Shown: one piece after another, positions 43,811 to 52,907 of the stretch | Position numbering within the stretch: the stretch's first letter is position 1 | How the letters are laid out: each line of letters begins with the position of its first letter | Sequence record: PQ309151.1 | Length of the DNA stretch: 64,000 bases | Strand: one strand, 5' to 3' | The notes under the pieces: generated by a model | Told to the model about the DNA's origin: nothing | What the model saw: the letters and a program-made list of their open reading frames with translations, nothing else | Database searches by the model: none | Made by a program: the position numbers and the translations under genes

Positions 43811-45055
43811 TTACGCTTTGGCGAGTTCCGCTTCGCCGACGATGCTGGCGTACTGGTCGTTGGTCATCTGGAAGATGACGCGAGCGATGTACAGCGCCTG
43901 CGTGATCTTCTCACCTTCGTCCAGCGTGTCGTTCAGGTTCTTGTACGGCTCGGCGAGAATGCCCGAATTCAGAACCTTCTTCACGAACGGCCATTGCGCC
44001 GGATCGGCGATCTTGCGCTCGACGGACGCCAGATACACGCCCTTGTCTTCGTTCGACAGTTCTTCGAACACCGATGCTGCCAGCACGACCGTACCCAGTT
44101 CAGCAATGCGTTGTGCATCGCGAGCATCCGATGCGATCTGCGCAGCTTGCGGAGCCGTCAGCGTATCGCCAGCGAAGTCGTCTGCCGGAATTTCGACGTT
44201 CAGGTCGACCGTGTTGGCCTGAGGCGTTTCGACGATCTCGTCTGCATGGAGATCGAACTTCGTCGGTTCAGCGATTTCCGATGCCGGGTTCTGGGGAGCA
44301 GGCTGTTCCTTCTTGGCCTTTTCCTTCTTCTTGCCCACGGCATTGCCGTTGTTGAACTTCTCGCCGAGAGCTTGCAGGCCCGCGCCGACGTAGTTCTTGA
44401 ACTGGCCGTCTGCGAACGTCAGCTTCGGATTGAACGCGAGTGCCGGCAGGTTCTGCTTGATCTTCGACAGGATTTCCGCTTGCAGGCGATCGGGGCCAAT
44501 GAAGTCTGCGAGATCGACGACAGGCGAGACGATCGTGAATTCGAAAGCTTGATCAGCGTCGCTGCCTTCCTTCAACCAGAGCTTGCCCTTGATGCCGTCG
44601 ACCTTCGGGCCGTTCTGCACGCCGCGGATGGCGTTGAACCACACGAGGTTGCCCAACGGAACCTGGATCGTTTCGACGAGCGGCTTGTTGCGGCCATGCG
44701 AGACCGACGAGTAGTCGACGCGGTTCGTGTTCAGTTGCAGCAGGTTGCGAAAGAGCGTGACCAGCTGGCTTTCCGACGGGATCGACGGCGCTTCGGTCAG
44801 ACCGTAGTGGTTCTTGAACGAGTCGCTGTTGACGAGAGCTTGCAGCGCGTTCGCGAGCTTCGCGGTCAATTCCTTCAGGTTCTTGCGATACTTCTTCAGC
44901 TCTGCCAGGTTGCGATGCAGACGCCAGTGAGCGACTTCACCGTTGGGCAGCTTGACGGCGCCCGAAGGCAGGTCAGCGGAGAGCGTGTTGAAGATCTTCG
45001 GCAGCGGCAGGAACTGGATGGTTTGGCCGTCGACGGTGCGTTGGAGTTTGCTCAT
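43811..45055 (-). CDS. hypothetical protein, probably highly expressed
   Basis: 414 aa with MCP-like extreme GC3 bias. Folded N-terminal part, Lys/Pro/Ala linker, acidic C-terminal part. Confidence 0.8.
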   Translation of the reverse strand: MSKLQRTVDGQTIQFLPLPKIFNTLSADLPSGAVKLPNGEVAHWRLHRNLAELKKYRKNLKELTAKLANALQALVNSDSFKNHYGLTEAPSIPSESQLVTLFRNLLQLNTNRVDYSSVSHGRNKPLVETIQVPLGNLVWFNAIRGVQNGPKVDGIKGKLWLKEGSDADQAFEFTIVSPVVDLADFIGPDRLQAEILSKIKQNLPALAFNPKLTFADGQFKNYVGAGLQALGEKFNNGNAVGKKKEKAKKEQPAPQNPASEIAEPTKFDLHADEIVETPQANTVDLNVEIPADDFAGDTLTAPQAAQIASDARDAQRIAELGTVVLAASVFEELSNEDKGVYLASVERKIADPAQWPFVKKVLNSGILAEPYKNLNDTLDEGEKITQALYIARVIFQMTNDQYASIVGEAELAKA

Positions 45056-45249
45056 GATGTACCTTGAGTGAGTTTTTTGAAAGTCCCTGATTGGGCACGG
45101 TAAATGACTGGATACGCTCAGTCAGCTTTTCCAGCGAATGGATCGGTTTTAAGTCAGCACGTGAAACAGATGCGTATCATGCCAAATCATAACGAACACT
45201 CAATAGAAAATAACTTAGACGAAGAGGCCGAAGCCTCCTCGTCTTTTTG

Positions 45250-45663
45250 TTATAATGAGTGGTACAAGTGCACGGCCCAGTACATGATCTTTCGTTTCCA
45301 CCACGGAGTACCGAGCACTTTCATGGCCTTTTCGAAAATCAGATCAACATCGTCTTGCGATTGCTTCAGAACCGGATTATCCCCGTTTCTCGTCAGCGCC
45401 AGAGTCGTGCACAAGTAATCGTGCAAAACTGCTGCCTGACCGTACACGCCCCACGGAGGAAAGATTCCCCACAGAAGACGCGGAACCGTCGCGCCATCAG
45501 TGATGAACCCCTTGGGTACGGTAACGTACTTTTGGTCTGTGACCTCTCCGATGAAGAACGTGAACGCATCATCGGTTTTCCAGAGGTCTTTGTCTTTTGC
45601 TTTCGACTGCGCTTCGTCGTAAATGATACCGACGTCATTGTCGAATGAACCCACAGTTGCCAT
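45250..45663 (-). CDS. DUF1353-family protein
   Basis: TVPKGFITDGATVPRLLW...AAVLHDYLC...DLIF...M signature. Confidence 0.85.
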   Translation of the reverse strand: MATVGSFDNDVGIIYDEAQSKAKDKDLWKTDDAFTFFIGEVTDQKYVTVPKGFITDGATVPRLLWGIFPPWGVYGQAAVLHDYLCTTLALTRNGDNPVLKQSQDDVDLIFEKAMKVLGTPWWKRKIMYWAVHLYHSL

Positions 45664-45741
45664 ATTCTCTCACTTGGCTGTTAAACCAAATGATCATAAA
45701 CTAGAGAGGGCAAAAGCCCTCTCTAGTCTACGTTTCGTTGA

Positions 45742-46410
45742 TTACGACGGGAGTGTGATCTCTTCCGGGACCACCGGGAGGTCAGCTGCCGTAGCAGCAT
45801 TCGTCACAGCGTCCTTCAATGCCCAGCCTGCACCCAAGAAGCCAAGATACGCTTCGTAGGCATCATCCGACAGGGTCACGATTTGTTCAGGAGTACACAT
45901 GTGCGTCACGTTCTCCCAGTCACGGAACGGCATGACTGCATCCGTTACGCCCTGAGTCACCAGTTTGTCCGCGCGAATGCGAGCGCTGGCGATATTACCG
46001 CGATCGCCATCACGCAACTGCACGTGACCAGGAACGTCTGAGAACGCGAACGAGAAGCCCTTCTCCAGGGCCGCCGTCAGTTTGTTTGCGATGTCGCTCA
46101 TCATCGTCGACTTCGTGGAAGCCAACTGCGATGCCACTTCATCGGTCGTGAAGGAACGTACGTTCCAGGCTTGCGACCAAACACCAGCCGCGAAGACAGG
46201 ATCGCCTTCGGTCACGACATCGCCAGCCGGTTGAGCTACATCTTGAACGACGAAGTAGCCCAGACCGTTGAGGTATTCCTCTTCGGTCTCGTCCGGGAAC
46301 GAGATGTTGGGGTTGTCTTGCCGCACCTGACCCATGAAAACCGGGTAGGTATTGGGTTGACCTTCCGCTCCGATCTTGATCAGGCGGGTAGACGCATTGA
46401 TGGTCGTCAT
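45742..46410 (-). CDS. tail-fibre assembly/chaperone-like protein (DUF4376-like C-terminus)
   Basis: NPNISFP...LGYFVV...VWSQAWNV N-terminus and VQLRDGDRGNI...FRDWENVTH...ALKDAV C-terminus. Follows the fibre gene. Confidence 0.75.
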   Translation of the reverse strand: MTTINASTRLIKIGAEGQPNTYPVFMGQVRQDNPNISFPDETEEEYLNGLGYFVVQDVAQPAGDVVTEGDPVFAAGVWSQAWNVRSFTTDEVASQLASTKSTMMSDIANKLTAALEKGFSFAFSDVPGHVQLRDGDRGNIASARIRADKLVTQGVTDAVMPFRDWENVTHMCTPEQIVTLSDDAYEAYLGFLGAGWALKDAVTNAATAADLPVVPEEITLPS

Positions 46411-46425
46411 GTTTGTTAGCTCCTA

Positions 46426-49400
46426 TTAGTTCGGAACCGAGCCGACCCATTCCGTACCGTCCCAGTTCAGGACAACGGTGGTCGTGCTGTTGGTCAGCGG
46501 AGGCGCCGAGCCATCGAACCAGCGGATCGTATTGGTCCACGTGAAGGCGTTCGTCTTCCCGTAGATTTTGACGATCACAGTGGTCGTACGGTCGGATGCC
46601 GGCAGGTTGGTCATGGTGACCGCTGCGGCTGCCGTGTTCTGGATGCGGAACGTACGCGCAACCGAAAGGTCACACGTAGCCACACCGCCCGTGATCGCCA
46701 CGTCGACAGCCTTCAAGGTATAGGTATCCAGACGAGTCCAGACACCGCTCTTGAGGATGTACGTGCCCGAGTCAACCGGGATCGTATCGAGCAGGGCTTG
46801 TTCCACCCACGCGCCATTCGACAGAGCGTACACTTTGCCGGTGTTGTCGGTCGGAATCGCGTTGATGACATTCGAGCCCAGCGTCCACTCGCCGTTGACC
46901 AGCAAATACTTCTTGCCGTCGTTGGGCGGGAGAACGTTCACAACGTCAGGCAGGTTGACCCAGCCGGAATCGTTGTAGCCCTGATACTTGCCCGTTTGCG
47001 ACGGAGCATTCAGGTTCCCACCACCGATATGGCCCAGCGAGGCCCACGTTGCCGTGTCGGTCTTGGTGAAGAATTCCTGCGTGTTGCTGTTGAAGAAGTA
47101 ATCGCCAACGCGACCATCGAGGGCTTGCGGATTGCGTGCGAACACGATCCAGATCGTACCCTGCGGACCTTGCGGACCTTGAGCACCCGTGAGACCTTGC
47201 AGACCACGCAGACCTTGAATACCCTGCGGGCCTTGAGCACCAACCACGTGACCGAGGTTGAACCACTGCGACGTGGTCGTCAACCAGATCCAGCAGTTGT
47301 AAGTGCCAGGCGTACCCGAATCAGGAATCGCATAACCCGTACCTGCCGTACCCGTTCCCGGGAGTTGCGAGGAATCGGACAGCGTACCGATGATCGAGAT
47401 CGCCGGACCAGTCTGGCCTTGCGGACCAGTTGCACCATCAGCACCTGCGGGACCTCGCGGACCAGTCGTCAGGGTGACGTAGTCGGTGATGGTGGCTCCT
47501 GAGGGGAGGAGTCCTGATTTGATTGCGGCCTGGACTGCAGAATCGCCGGCAGGACCGACGAGGCTTTGGAGCCAGGCGGCTTGCGTACCCACAAATCCGC
47601 CAGCGACGGCTGCTTGGTATGCGCTTTGGCCAGTTGCGCCAGTGTTACCTTGGACACCTTGAATCCCCTGAATACCCTGAGGACCTTGAGCAACTGGACC
47701 TGCGTCCACCCAGGTCGTACCGTTGTTGATAAAGATGTGTCCGCCAGCAGTTGCCACTTGGGACAACGTACCAGCCGGGATCGCACCGGAGTTTGCGAAA
47801 TCGCCGATGTAGGCAAGCGACGTACCAGACGGACCGGTATTACCCTGAACGCCCTGGACGCCTTGGATACCCTGAATACCTTGGGCTCCTTGAGGACCGA
47901 CGAGCGATGCGAGCCACTGGGCCTTCGTACCAGCGAAACCTTGCTGGACTGCAACCGTGTAAGCCGAATCGCCCTGCAGACCCTTCAGCGACGCAAGCCA
48001 TGCCGTAACATCGCCAGCGAAGCCGCCGTCCACAGCAACCTGGTATGCCGATTTACCAGCAACACCTTGAATACCCTGGAAGCCTTGCGGACCTTGCACG
48101 CCGATCGGACCGTTATCGACCCAGTTGCTACCTGCGACCCACAGGTAAATGTGGTTCGTGTCTGCGGTGGTAGCAGCAGCACCGGTATGGGTACCAGCCG
48201 GCAGAGCAGCAGCATTCGCGAACTGACCGATGTACGTGAAGCTCACGCCATCCGCACCCTTGAGCGAAGCCAGCCATTCCGTGACCGAACCTGCGAAACC
48301 AGCTGCTTGAGCCTGTTGGTAAGCGCTCAGGCCGTTGGTACCATTCGTACCGTTCGTGCCATTCGCACCACGCCATTGACCCATGTTCACCCACTGCGCG
48401 GAAGTCGAATTCCACACGTAGATGAAGCCATTAACTTCATAAGCATCGCCATTGGCGTTGCCCGAAGCTGGGAGGTTTGCCACAGCAGCGACAGAACCCT
48501 TTGCGTTGACAGGTTGACCCACAGGACCCGTAGCACCAGTAGCGCCTTGAGCGCCCATGAAGTTGCCGAGATCTTGCCAGGCAGCACCATCCCACGAGTA
48601 CAGATGACCCGCCACGCCATATGCGTCACCCAGCTGGTTACCCGAAGCAGGAAGCGCGCCGACGTTTGCGACGTTACCCTTCGGCGTCATCTTACCGGCG
48701 ACACCGGGGCTGCCTTGAACGCCTTGGATACCTTGCGGGCCTTGCGGGCCTGCGTTGTTACCCATGTTGACGAACTGCGTGTTCACCCAGACCCAGAAGT
48801 TGAAGTTCGGCGCAGTGCCGACCAGGTAACCATGGTTCTGAGTGCCAGTTGCAGGCAGATCAGCCACTGTAGCAACCGTACCATCAACGACGAACGAAAT
48901 AGCTGCATCGCCCTTGTCGCCCTTTGCGCCCTTGATGTAAGCAGCGAAGAGGTCGACTGTGTTGACTTCCGGATGAGCGCTTCGGATTACATCCCATGCG
49001 GATTGGCCGGCAACGCCCTGAGGACCTTGCGGACCCACGGGACCTTGGAGACCTTCCTGACCCTGCAGCTGCCAGTCGGTACCGTTCCACACGTACATGA
49101 CCTTACCGATCAGCCACGAGTCGCCATTGCGGGCACCCGAGACAGGCAGGTAGTCAGGCGAAGGCAATTCGCCCAGCACAGTGATACCCGAGCCGTCTTG
49201 ACCCGGAATACCCTGGAAGTTACCCATGTCGGTCCATTCACCGTTCAGGTTCATCCAGATGTGCGTGCCGACCATGAAGTAGTCAGCTTGTTCGAAGCCC
49301 GAGACATCCGGCAGATCTGCCGAAGTCGAGACAGCGCCAACCAGGTGACCCAGCACTGCAGTCTGACCTGCGGGACCTACAGCACCTTGGTCGCCCTTGG

Positions 49401-50109
49401 GACCCTTCAGGCTTGCCAGCCAGGTCGTGAGATTACCCACGAAACCATTGGTGACTGCATCCTGATAGGCAGACGCGCCGTGCAGCGACAGCAACCATGC
49501 GGTTTCATCACCAACGAAACCATCGTCGACTGCCGTCTGATAAGCCGACTTGCCAACAGCGCCATCGGCGCCTTTGAGCGAAGCCAACCATTGGGCCTGG
49601 GTTCCGGCGAATCCACCAGCCACCGCAGCAGCGTAAGCAGATTGACCATCAGCACCGGTGTTACCGGTATCACCCTTTACACCTTTGAGGCTAGCGAGCC
49701 ATGCAGTGATGTCGCCGACGAAACCACCTGCCACAGCTGCCTGATACGCGCTTTGACCCTGGACGCCTTGGACACCTTGATTGCCTGGGTCGCCCTTCGC
49801 TCCCTTGAGCGATGTAACCCAGGCGCTTTCGGTACCCACGAAGCCTTGATCAAGAGCCGACTGGTAAGCGGACTTACCGTTCTGCCCTTGGAGACTTGCC
49901 AACCACTGTGCCTGAGTACCGGGGTAACCAGCAGCCTGTGCGACCTGATAGGCCGACTTACCGTCTGTGGTCACACCGCCCAGGGGAACCTTCACACTGC
50001 CAAGCTGCCCGACAACATGGACTTCGATGTACGAATTCGCAGCGTCGATCTGGCCAGTCAGCAGGTCGAGTTCGAGGATGGTTTTACCCACCACTTGAGT
50101 ATCCGACAT
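46426..50109 (-). CDS. collagen-like tail fibre / fibre protein
   Basis: 1227 aa with Gly-X-Y runs (GPQGIQG) interleaved with about 12 SAYQ.A...GF.G...WL.SL repeats and about 9 LP..G..GD.Y.V...W.G..W modules; globular C-terminal domain. Confidence 0.85.
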   Translation of the reverse strand: MSDTQVVGKTILELDLLTGQIDAANSYIEVHVVGQLGSVKVPLGGVTTDGKSAYQVAQAAGYPGTQAQWLASLQGQNGKSAYQSALDQGFVGTESAWVTSLKGAKGDPGNQGVQGVQGQSAYQAAVAGGFVGDITAWLASLKGVKGDTGNTGADGQSAYAAAVAGGFAGTQAQWLASLKGADGAVGKSAYQTAVDDGFVGDETAWLLSLHGASAYQDAVTNGFVGNLTTWLASLKGPKGDQGAVGPAGQTAVLGHLVGAVSTSADLPDVSGFEQADYFMVGTHIWMNLNGEWTDMGNFQGIPGQDGSGITVLGELPSPDYLPVSGARNGDSWLIGKVMYVWNGTDWQLQGQEGLQGPVGPQGPQGVAGQSAWDVIRSAHPEVNTVDLFAAYIKGAKGDKGDAAISFVVDGTVATVADLPATGTQNHGYLVGTAPNFNFWVWVNTQFVNMGNNAGPQGPQGIQGVQGSPGVAGKMTPKGNVANVGALPASGNQLGDAYGVAGHLYSWDGAAWQDLGNFMGAQGATGATGPVGQPVNAKGSVAAVANLPASGNANGDAYEVNGFIYVWNSTSAQWVNMGQWRGANGTNGTNGTNGLSAYQQAQAAGFAGSVTEWLASLKGADGVSFTYIGQFANAAALPAGTHTGAAATTADTNHIYLWVAGSNWVDNGPIGVQGPQGFQGIQGVAGKSAYQVAVDGGFAGDVTAWLASLKGLQGDSAYTVAVQQGFAGTKAQWLASLVGPQGAQGIQGIQGVQGVQGNTGPSGTSLAYIGDFANSGAIPAGTLSQVATAGGHIFINNGTTWVDAGPVAQGPQGIQGIQGVQGNTGATGQSAYQAAVAGGFVGTQAAWLQSLVGPAGDSAVQAAIKSGLLPSGATITDYVTLTTGPRGPAGADGATGPQGQTGPAISIIGTLSDSSQLPGTGTAGTGYAIPDSGTPGTYNCWIWLTTTSQWFNLGHVVGAQGPQGIQGLRGLQGLTGAQGPQGPQGTIWIVFARNPQALDGRVGDYFFNSNTQEFFTKTDTATWASLGHIGGGNLNAPSQTGKYQGYNDSGWVNLPDVVNVLPPNDGKKYLLVNGEWTLGSNVINAIPTDNTGKVYALSNGAWVEQALLDTIPVDSGTYILKSGVWTRLDTYTLKAVDVAITGGVATCDLSVARTFRIQNTAAAAVTMTNLPASDRTTTVIVKIYGKTNAFTWTNTIRWFDGSAPPLTNSTTTVVLNWDGTEWVGSVPN
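46900..49960 (-). repeat. modular coding repeats within the fibre gene
   Basis: Repeated peptide modules give recurring DNA units such as AGCGAAGCCA(A/G)CCA and CTTGGATACCCTGAATACC. Confidence 0.8.
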
Positions 50110-50159
50110 GGAGAACTCCCATTTCCTGTAAAAAATTACTTTGTTTTTTGCGAAAAAAA

Positions 50160-51221
50160 TTAGAGGTAAGTACGCGCGTCGCCGCCAGAGGAGCGAACGC
50201 GATAGCTACCATCTCCTACGAGCCGAACGTTGTTCAACGTAACCACATCGTAGGTAACCTGAAGAGTGTACGTACCCGGCAACCAAGCGAGAGACGTCTT
50301 TTTAAACGTGATCGGATACGACGTGAGTCCAGGCTCGAAAGCCGTGTTCTCGATGTCGTCTGCCGTGAGATTCAAATTCAAGGCAGCGTTGATCTGATCG
50401 AGTATGCTGTATACCGTGAACGGTTGGTTGGGTACGAGCACCTTGGGGATGTTCCCATCGGTGAACTGGTCATTGATCGTGCTAGGACTGACGCGAGTGT
50501 AGTACAACCACTGATCGATATACCCTTGTTTATGCGCATACACAAAAATTCGGGTATTACGACCGGCAGGAGCGACCGTGACTGATTCCAATGCACCGAA
50601 ATCGAAGTCGATCATCTCTCGCCAATTCACGGCGCTGTCGTGATTGGCAATGCTCGTCAGCTGCGCTTTTTTGTCATCCTGAATAACGCTCGGAGAAGTC
50701 AAAGCGAAAAGCAGGTAGTTCGGGAACAACAGGTTTTTCTTTCCGCCACCGAGGACATTGATGTAGCGCCATCCTGTCCAGATTTTCGAAGTCGGCAACG
50801 CCGTGATGATGAAGTCATCATCCAGTGTGGTGTACTCGGTATTTACCAGATCGTTTTCCGTCAGCTGGACACCCAGCTGGCGATTGATTTGGTCGAGTAT
50901 GTCATACGTTTTGAAAGGTACTGCGGGAGGCGTGATAACCGAGTTATCTACGACACGCAATGCTGCGAGAGGAATACGGTGGTACAGAAAGCCGGTTTCC
51001 CTCGGTACCAGACGATGGTCGAACTTCTGATTGACCTTCGCCGGGATGTAGGTGTTTGGATCGTCTTCGATGTCGGGACGCTGATCCAGTACCTGTGGAG
51101 TACCGAATACCACCATCGGCGGCGGCAGTTTGTACTTGTTGGTAACGTAGACCAGGTCGCAGAGAACTTCGGTCTCCGGACGATCGAAGTCGTATGTCAA
51201 GATGAACTGGAAGATCGACAT
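50160..51221 (-). CDS. virion structural protein with internal duplication (fibre/baseplate adaptor-like)
   Basis: Two similar halves: PFKTYDILDQINRQLGVQLTENDLVNTEY and PFTVYSILDQINAALNLNLTADDIENTAF. Directly upstream of the fibre. Confidence 0.7.
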   Translation of the reverse strand: MSIFQFILTYDFDRPETEVLCDLVYVTNKYKLPPPMVVFGTPQVLDQRPDIEDDPNTYIPAKVNQKFDHRLVPRETGFLYHRIPLAALRVVDNSVITPPAVPFKTYDILDQINRQLGVQLTENDLVNTEYTTLDDDFIITALPTSKIWTGWRYINVLGGGKKNLLFPNYLLFALTSPSVIQDDKKAQLTSIANHDSAVNWREMIDFDFGALESVTVAPAGRNTRIFVYAHKQGYIDQWLYYTRVSPSTINDQFTDGNIPKVLVPNQPFTVYSILDQINAALNLNLTADDIENTAFEPGLTSYPITFKKTSLAWLPGTYTLQVTYDVVTLNNVRLVGDGSYRVRSSGGDARTYL

Positions 51222-51290
51222 ATGACTCCGTTCCTGGGTTAAAAAATCGAAAAAAAATTATACTCGGCTCAAACGATTAAGGCCGCAGAC

Positions 51291-51322
51291 ATAGTATCCG
51301 GGATCGAAATCCCGGATACTAT
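51291..51322 (-). terminator. terminator hairpin
   Basis: 14-bp perfect stem ATAGTATCCGGGAT/ATCCCGGATACTAT with UUCG loop on minus. The 3' arm ends TAT and continues GTC. Confidence 0.75.
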
Positions 51323-51332
51323 TCAGCGATGT

Positions 51333-51656
51333 TTATCGAGCAGCTTTACGCGGTTGTGCGAGATTGCCGTACGAATAAAGATGCTGCGGATCGATGCCAG
51401 CCATCTTGGCATGGTGGAACAGTTCGTCGATGACCTTCGGTTCCATCTTCGGAGCGTGAGTGTGTCCGCGGAAGAAGAACGAGATGGTGATCGGCTGACG
51501 TGCGCCTTCCTTGAGCCAGGTGCCGACGATAGCACCGTGTTCACCTTTACCAGCTGCTTCGTGACCGAAGAGAACTTCGTGCTTGAGTTCACGATCGGTA
51601 TTGATAAAACCCAGAGCGCCCAGAATCTTTTTCATGATAGTTTCCTTTTGAGACAT
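51333..51656 (-). CDS. hypothetical protein
   Basis: Start TTTTAAA-ATG at 51656 (MSQKET) or 51635 (MKKILG). Confidence 0.65.
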   Translation of the reverse strand: MSQKETIMKKILGALGFINTDRELKHEVLFGHEAAGKGEHGAIVGTWLKEGARQPITISFFFRGHTHAPKMEPKVIDELFHHAKMAGIDPQHLYSYGNLAQPRKAAR

Positions 51657-51691
51657 TTTAAAAGTAGGGGCCGAAGCCCCCGGTTTACTAC

Positions 51692-52252
51692 TTACGCACG
51701 CTTCGTGTGGCAAGGCGTGCAGATGGAGGCAGGATAGTCATCATGCTCATGACCAGCATCCTCACCCGGAATACTACTCCCGCAACAAGAACACGCCCAC
51801 CATGCGTTCGGGTCGTCTTCGTTGGAGTCGTCCCAATCACCACTGTCGTTGTCGTAATCGTCGCCGAGTTCCTCCTGACGATTGCGATCATCGTTCGCAA
51901 CGCGATTCAGGTGCGTAGGAAGCACCTTACATGCATTGCAAATGAAGATCGCTTCATCGCCTTGAGCAGCGTAGAAGTCGTACCATTTCCACTCGATGCC
52001 GTCTTTCTTCTTGACGATCATCTTGCAGTCACGGCAACCACGCTCCTCATTGTCCTCTTCTTCTTGTGCCTTCGTATCGCACGCTTGACAGCACACGTAC
52101 GACGACACAGGACCGAAGGTATCCATCTCACGACGCAATACTTGCGCCAGATTGATGTCCGCCTCCGCATGCTCACAGCCGCCGTCTTCATTTAGCAACT
52201 TCTGACGGTATTCGGGGGAGCCCATAATCAAACCGCGAGTGAACCAATTCAT
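51692..52252 (-). CDS. Cys-rich multi-Zn-finger protein
   Basis: CEH, CCQAC, CRDC, ICNAC, CSCC, CTPC motifs with an acidic linker; AAGGAG SD. Confidence 0.7.
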   Translation of the reverse strand: MNWFTRGLIMGSPEYRQKLLNEDGGCEHAEADINLAQVLRREMDTFGPVSSYVCCQACDTKAQEEEDNEERGCRDCKMIVKKKDGIEWKWYDFYAAQGDEAIFICNACKVLPTHLNRVANDDRNRQEELGDDYDNDSGDWDDSNEDDPNAWWACSCCGSSIPGEDAGHEHDDYPASICTPCHTKRA

Positions 52253-52313
52253 GTCCTGCTCCTTTAAAAGGTTTTATGCGCCGGAGTGATTACCGGCATT
52301 TTGGTCAAGCTGT

Positions 52314-52781
52314 TTACATCCCGTACTTCACGAGGAAGTTATCGAACTTCTCGTAGAACGTCGAGCGTTCCATGATTTCGCCATGAAAAGCACGAGGCGA
52401 GATACGTGCATCGACATCGACTTTGAATGCCTGAAGCATGACTTCGGCAATCATCGGTTCAATGCGCTGAACGAAATTGCGATTGTAATCCGCTTCGAAT
52501 CCGAAGTGATCCAGAATCGTCAGATACGCATTGACGTCTGCGTCCGAATCGAACCGACCGAGTTGGAAACGGTTTTGATGACATTGGCTGCGGAACCGAT
52601 GCGACATCACCCAGTTATCTACCTTCACGATAACTTTCGGGGCACCTTCGCGTTCGTCATTCATGACGAGGAACGGATTCCACCTCAGATCGACAACGCC
52701 GTTTTCGGCGCCAGCGAATAATGCCATCGACTTCAGAACTTCGCCACCGAATTCCACGACGACGATAGGTTTCTTATCCAT
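52314..52781 (-). CDS. hypothetical protein
   Basis: GGAG SD; first gene after the promoter at 52836. Confidence 0.7.
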   Translation of the reverse strand: MDKKPIVVVEFGGEVLKSMALFAGAENGVVDLRWNPFLVMNDEREGAPKVIVKVDNWVMSHRFRSQCHQNRFQLGRFDSDADVNAYLTILDHFGFEADYNRNFVQRIEPMIAEVMLQAFKVDVDARISPRAFHGEIMERSTFYEKFDNFLVKYGM

Positions 52782-52835
52782 TCAAAACTCCGTTGTAAAA
52801 GGAAGTCAAAGCCTTTGATTGGCTTTATCCTTTTC

Positions 52836-52860
52836 GTTATATATCTTTGAAAAAATCTAA
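52836..52860 (-). promoter_or_regulatory. phiKZ-type early promoter (TATATAAC)
   Basis: Minus strand TTTTTTCAAAGATATATAAC, after the hairpin at 52875-52898. Confidence 0.6.
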
Positions 52861-52874
52861 AACGGCATATGACG

Positions 52875-52898
52875 AGGATAGGGCTTTCGCCCTATCCT
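52875..52898 (-). terminator. terminator hairpin closing the structural operon
   Basis: 10-bp stem with GAAA loop on minus, then CGTCATATGCC. Confidence 0.7.
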
Positions 52899-52907
52899 GT
52901 CTTTCAT

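Noticed and set aside
46426-50109. Repeats in the fibre gene as a CRISPR array or DGR template/variable pair
   Set aside because: The repeats are in-frame, degenerate at third codon positions and encode protein modules. There is no constant repeat with unique spacers, no adenine-specific mismatch pattern, and no reverse transcriptase in the window.
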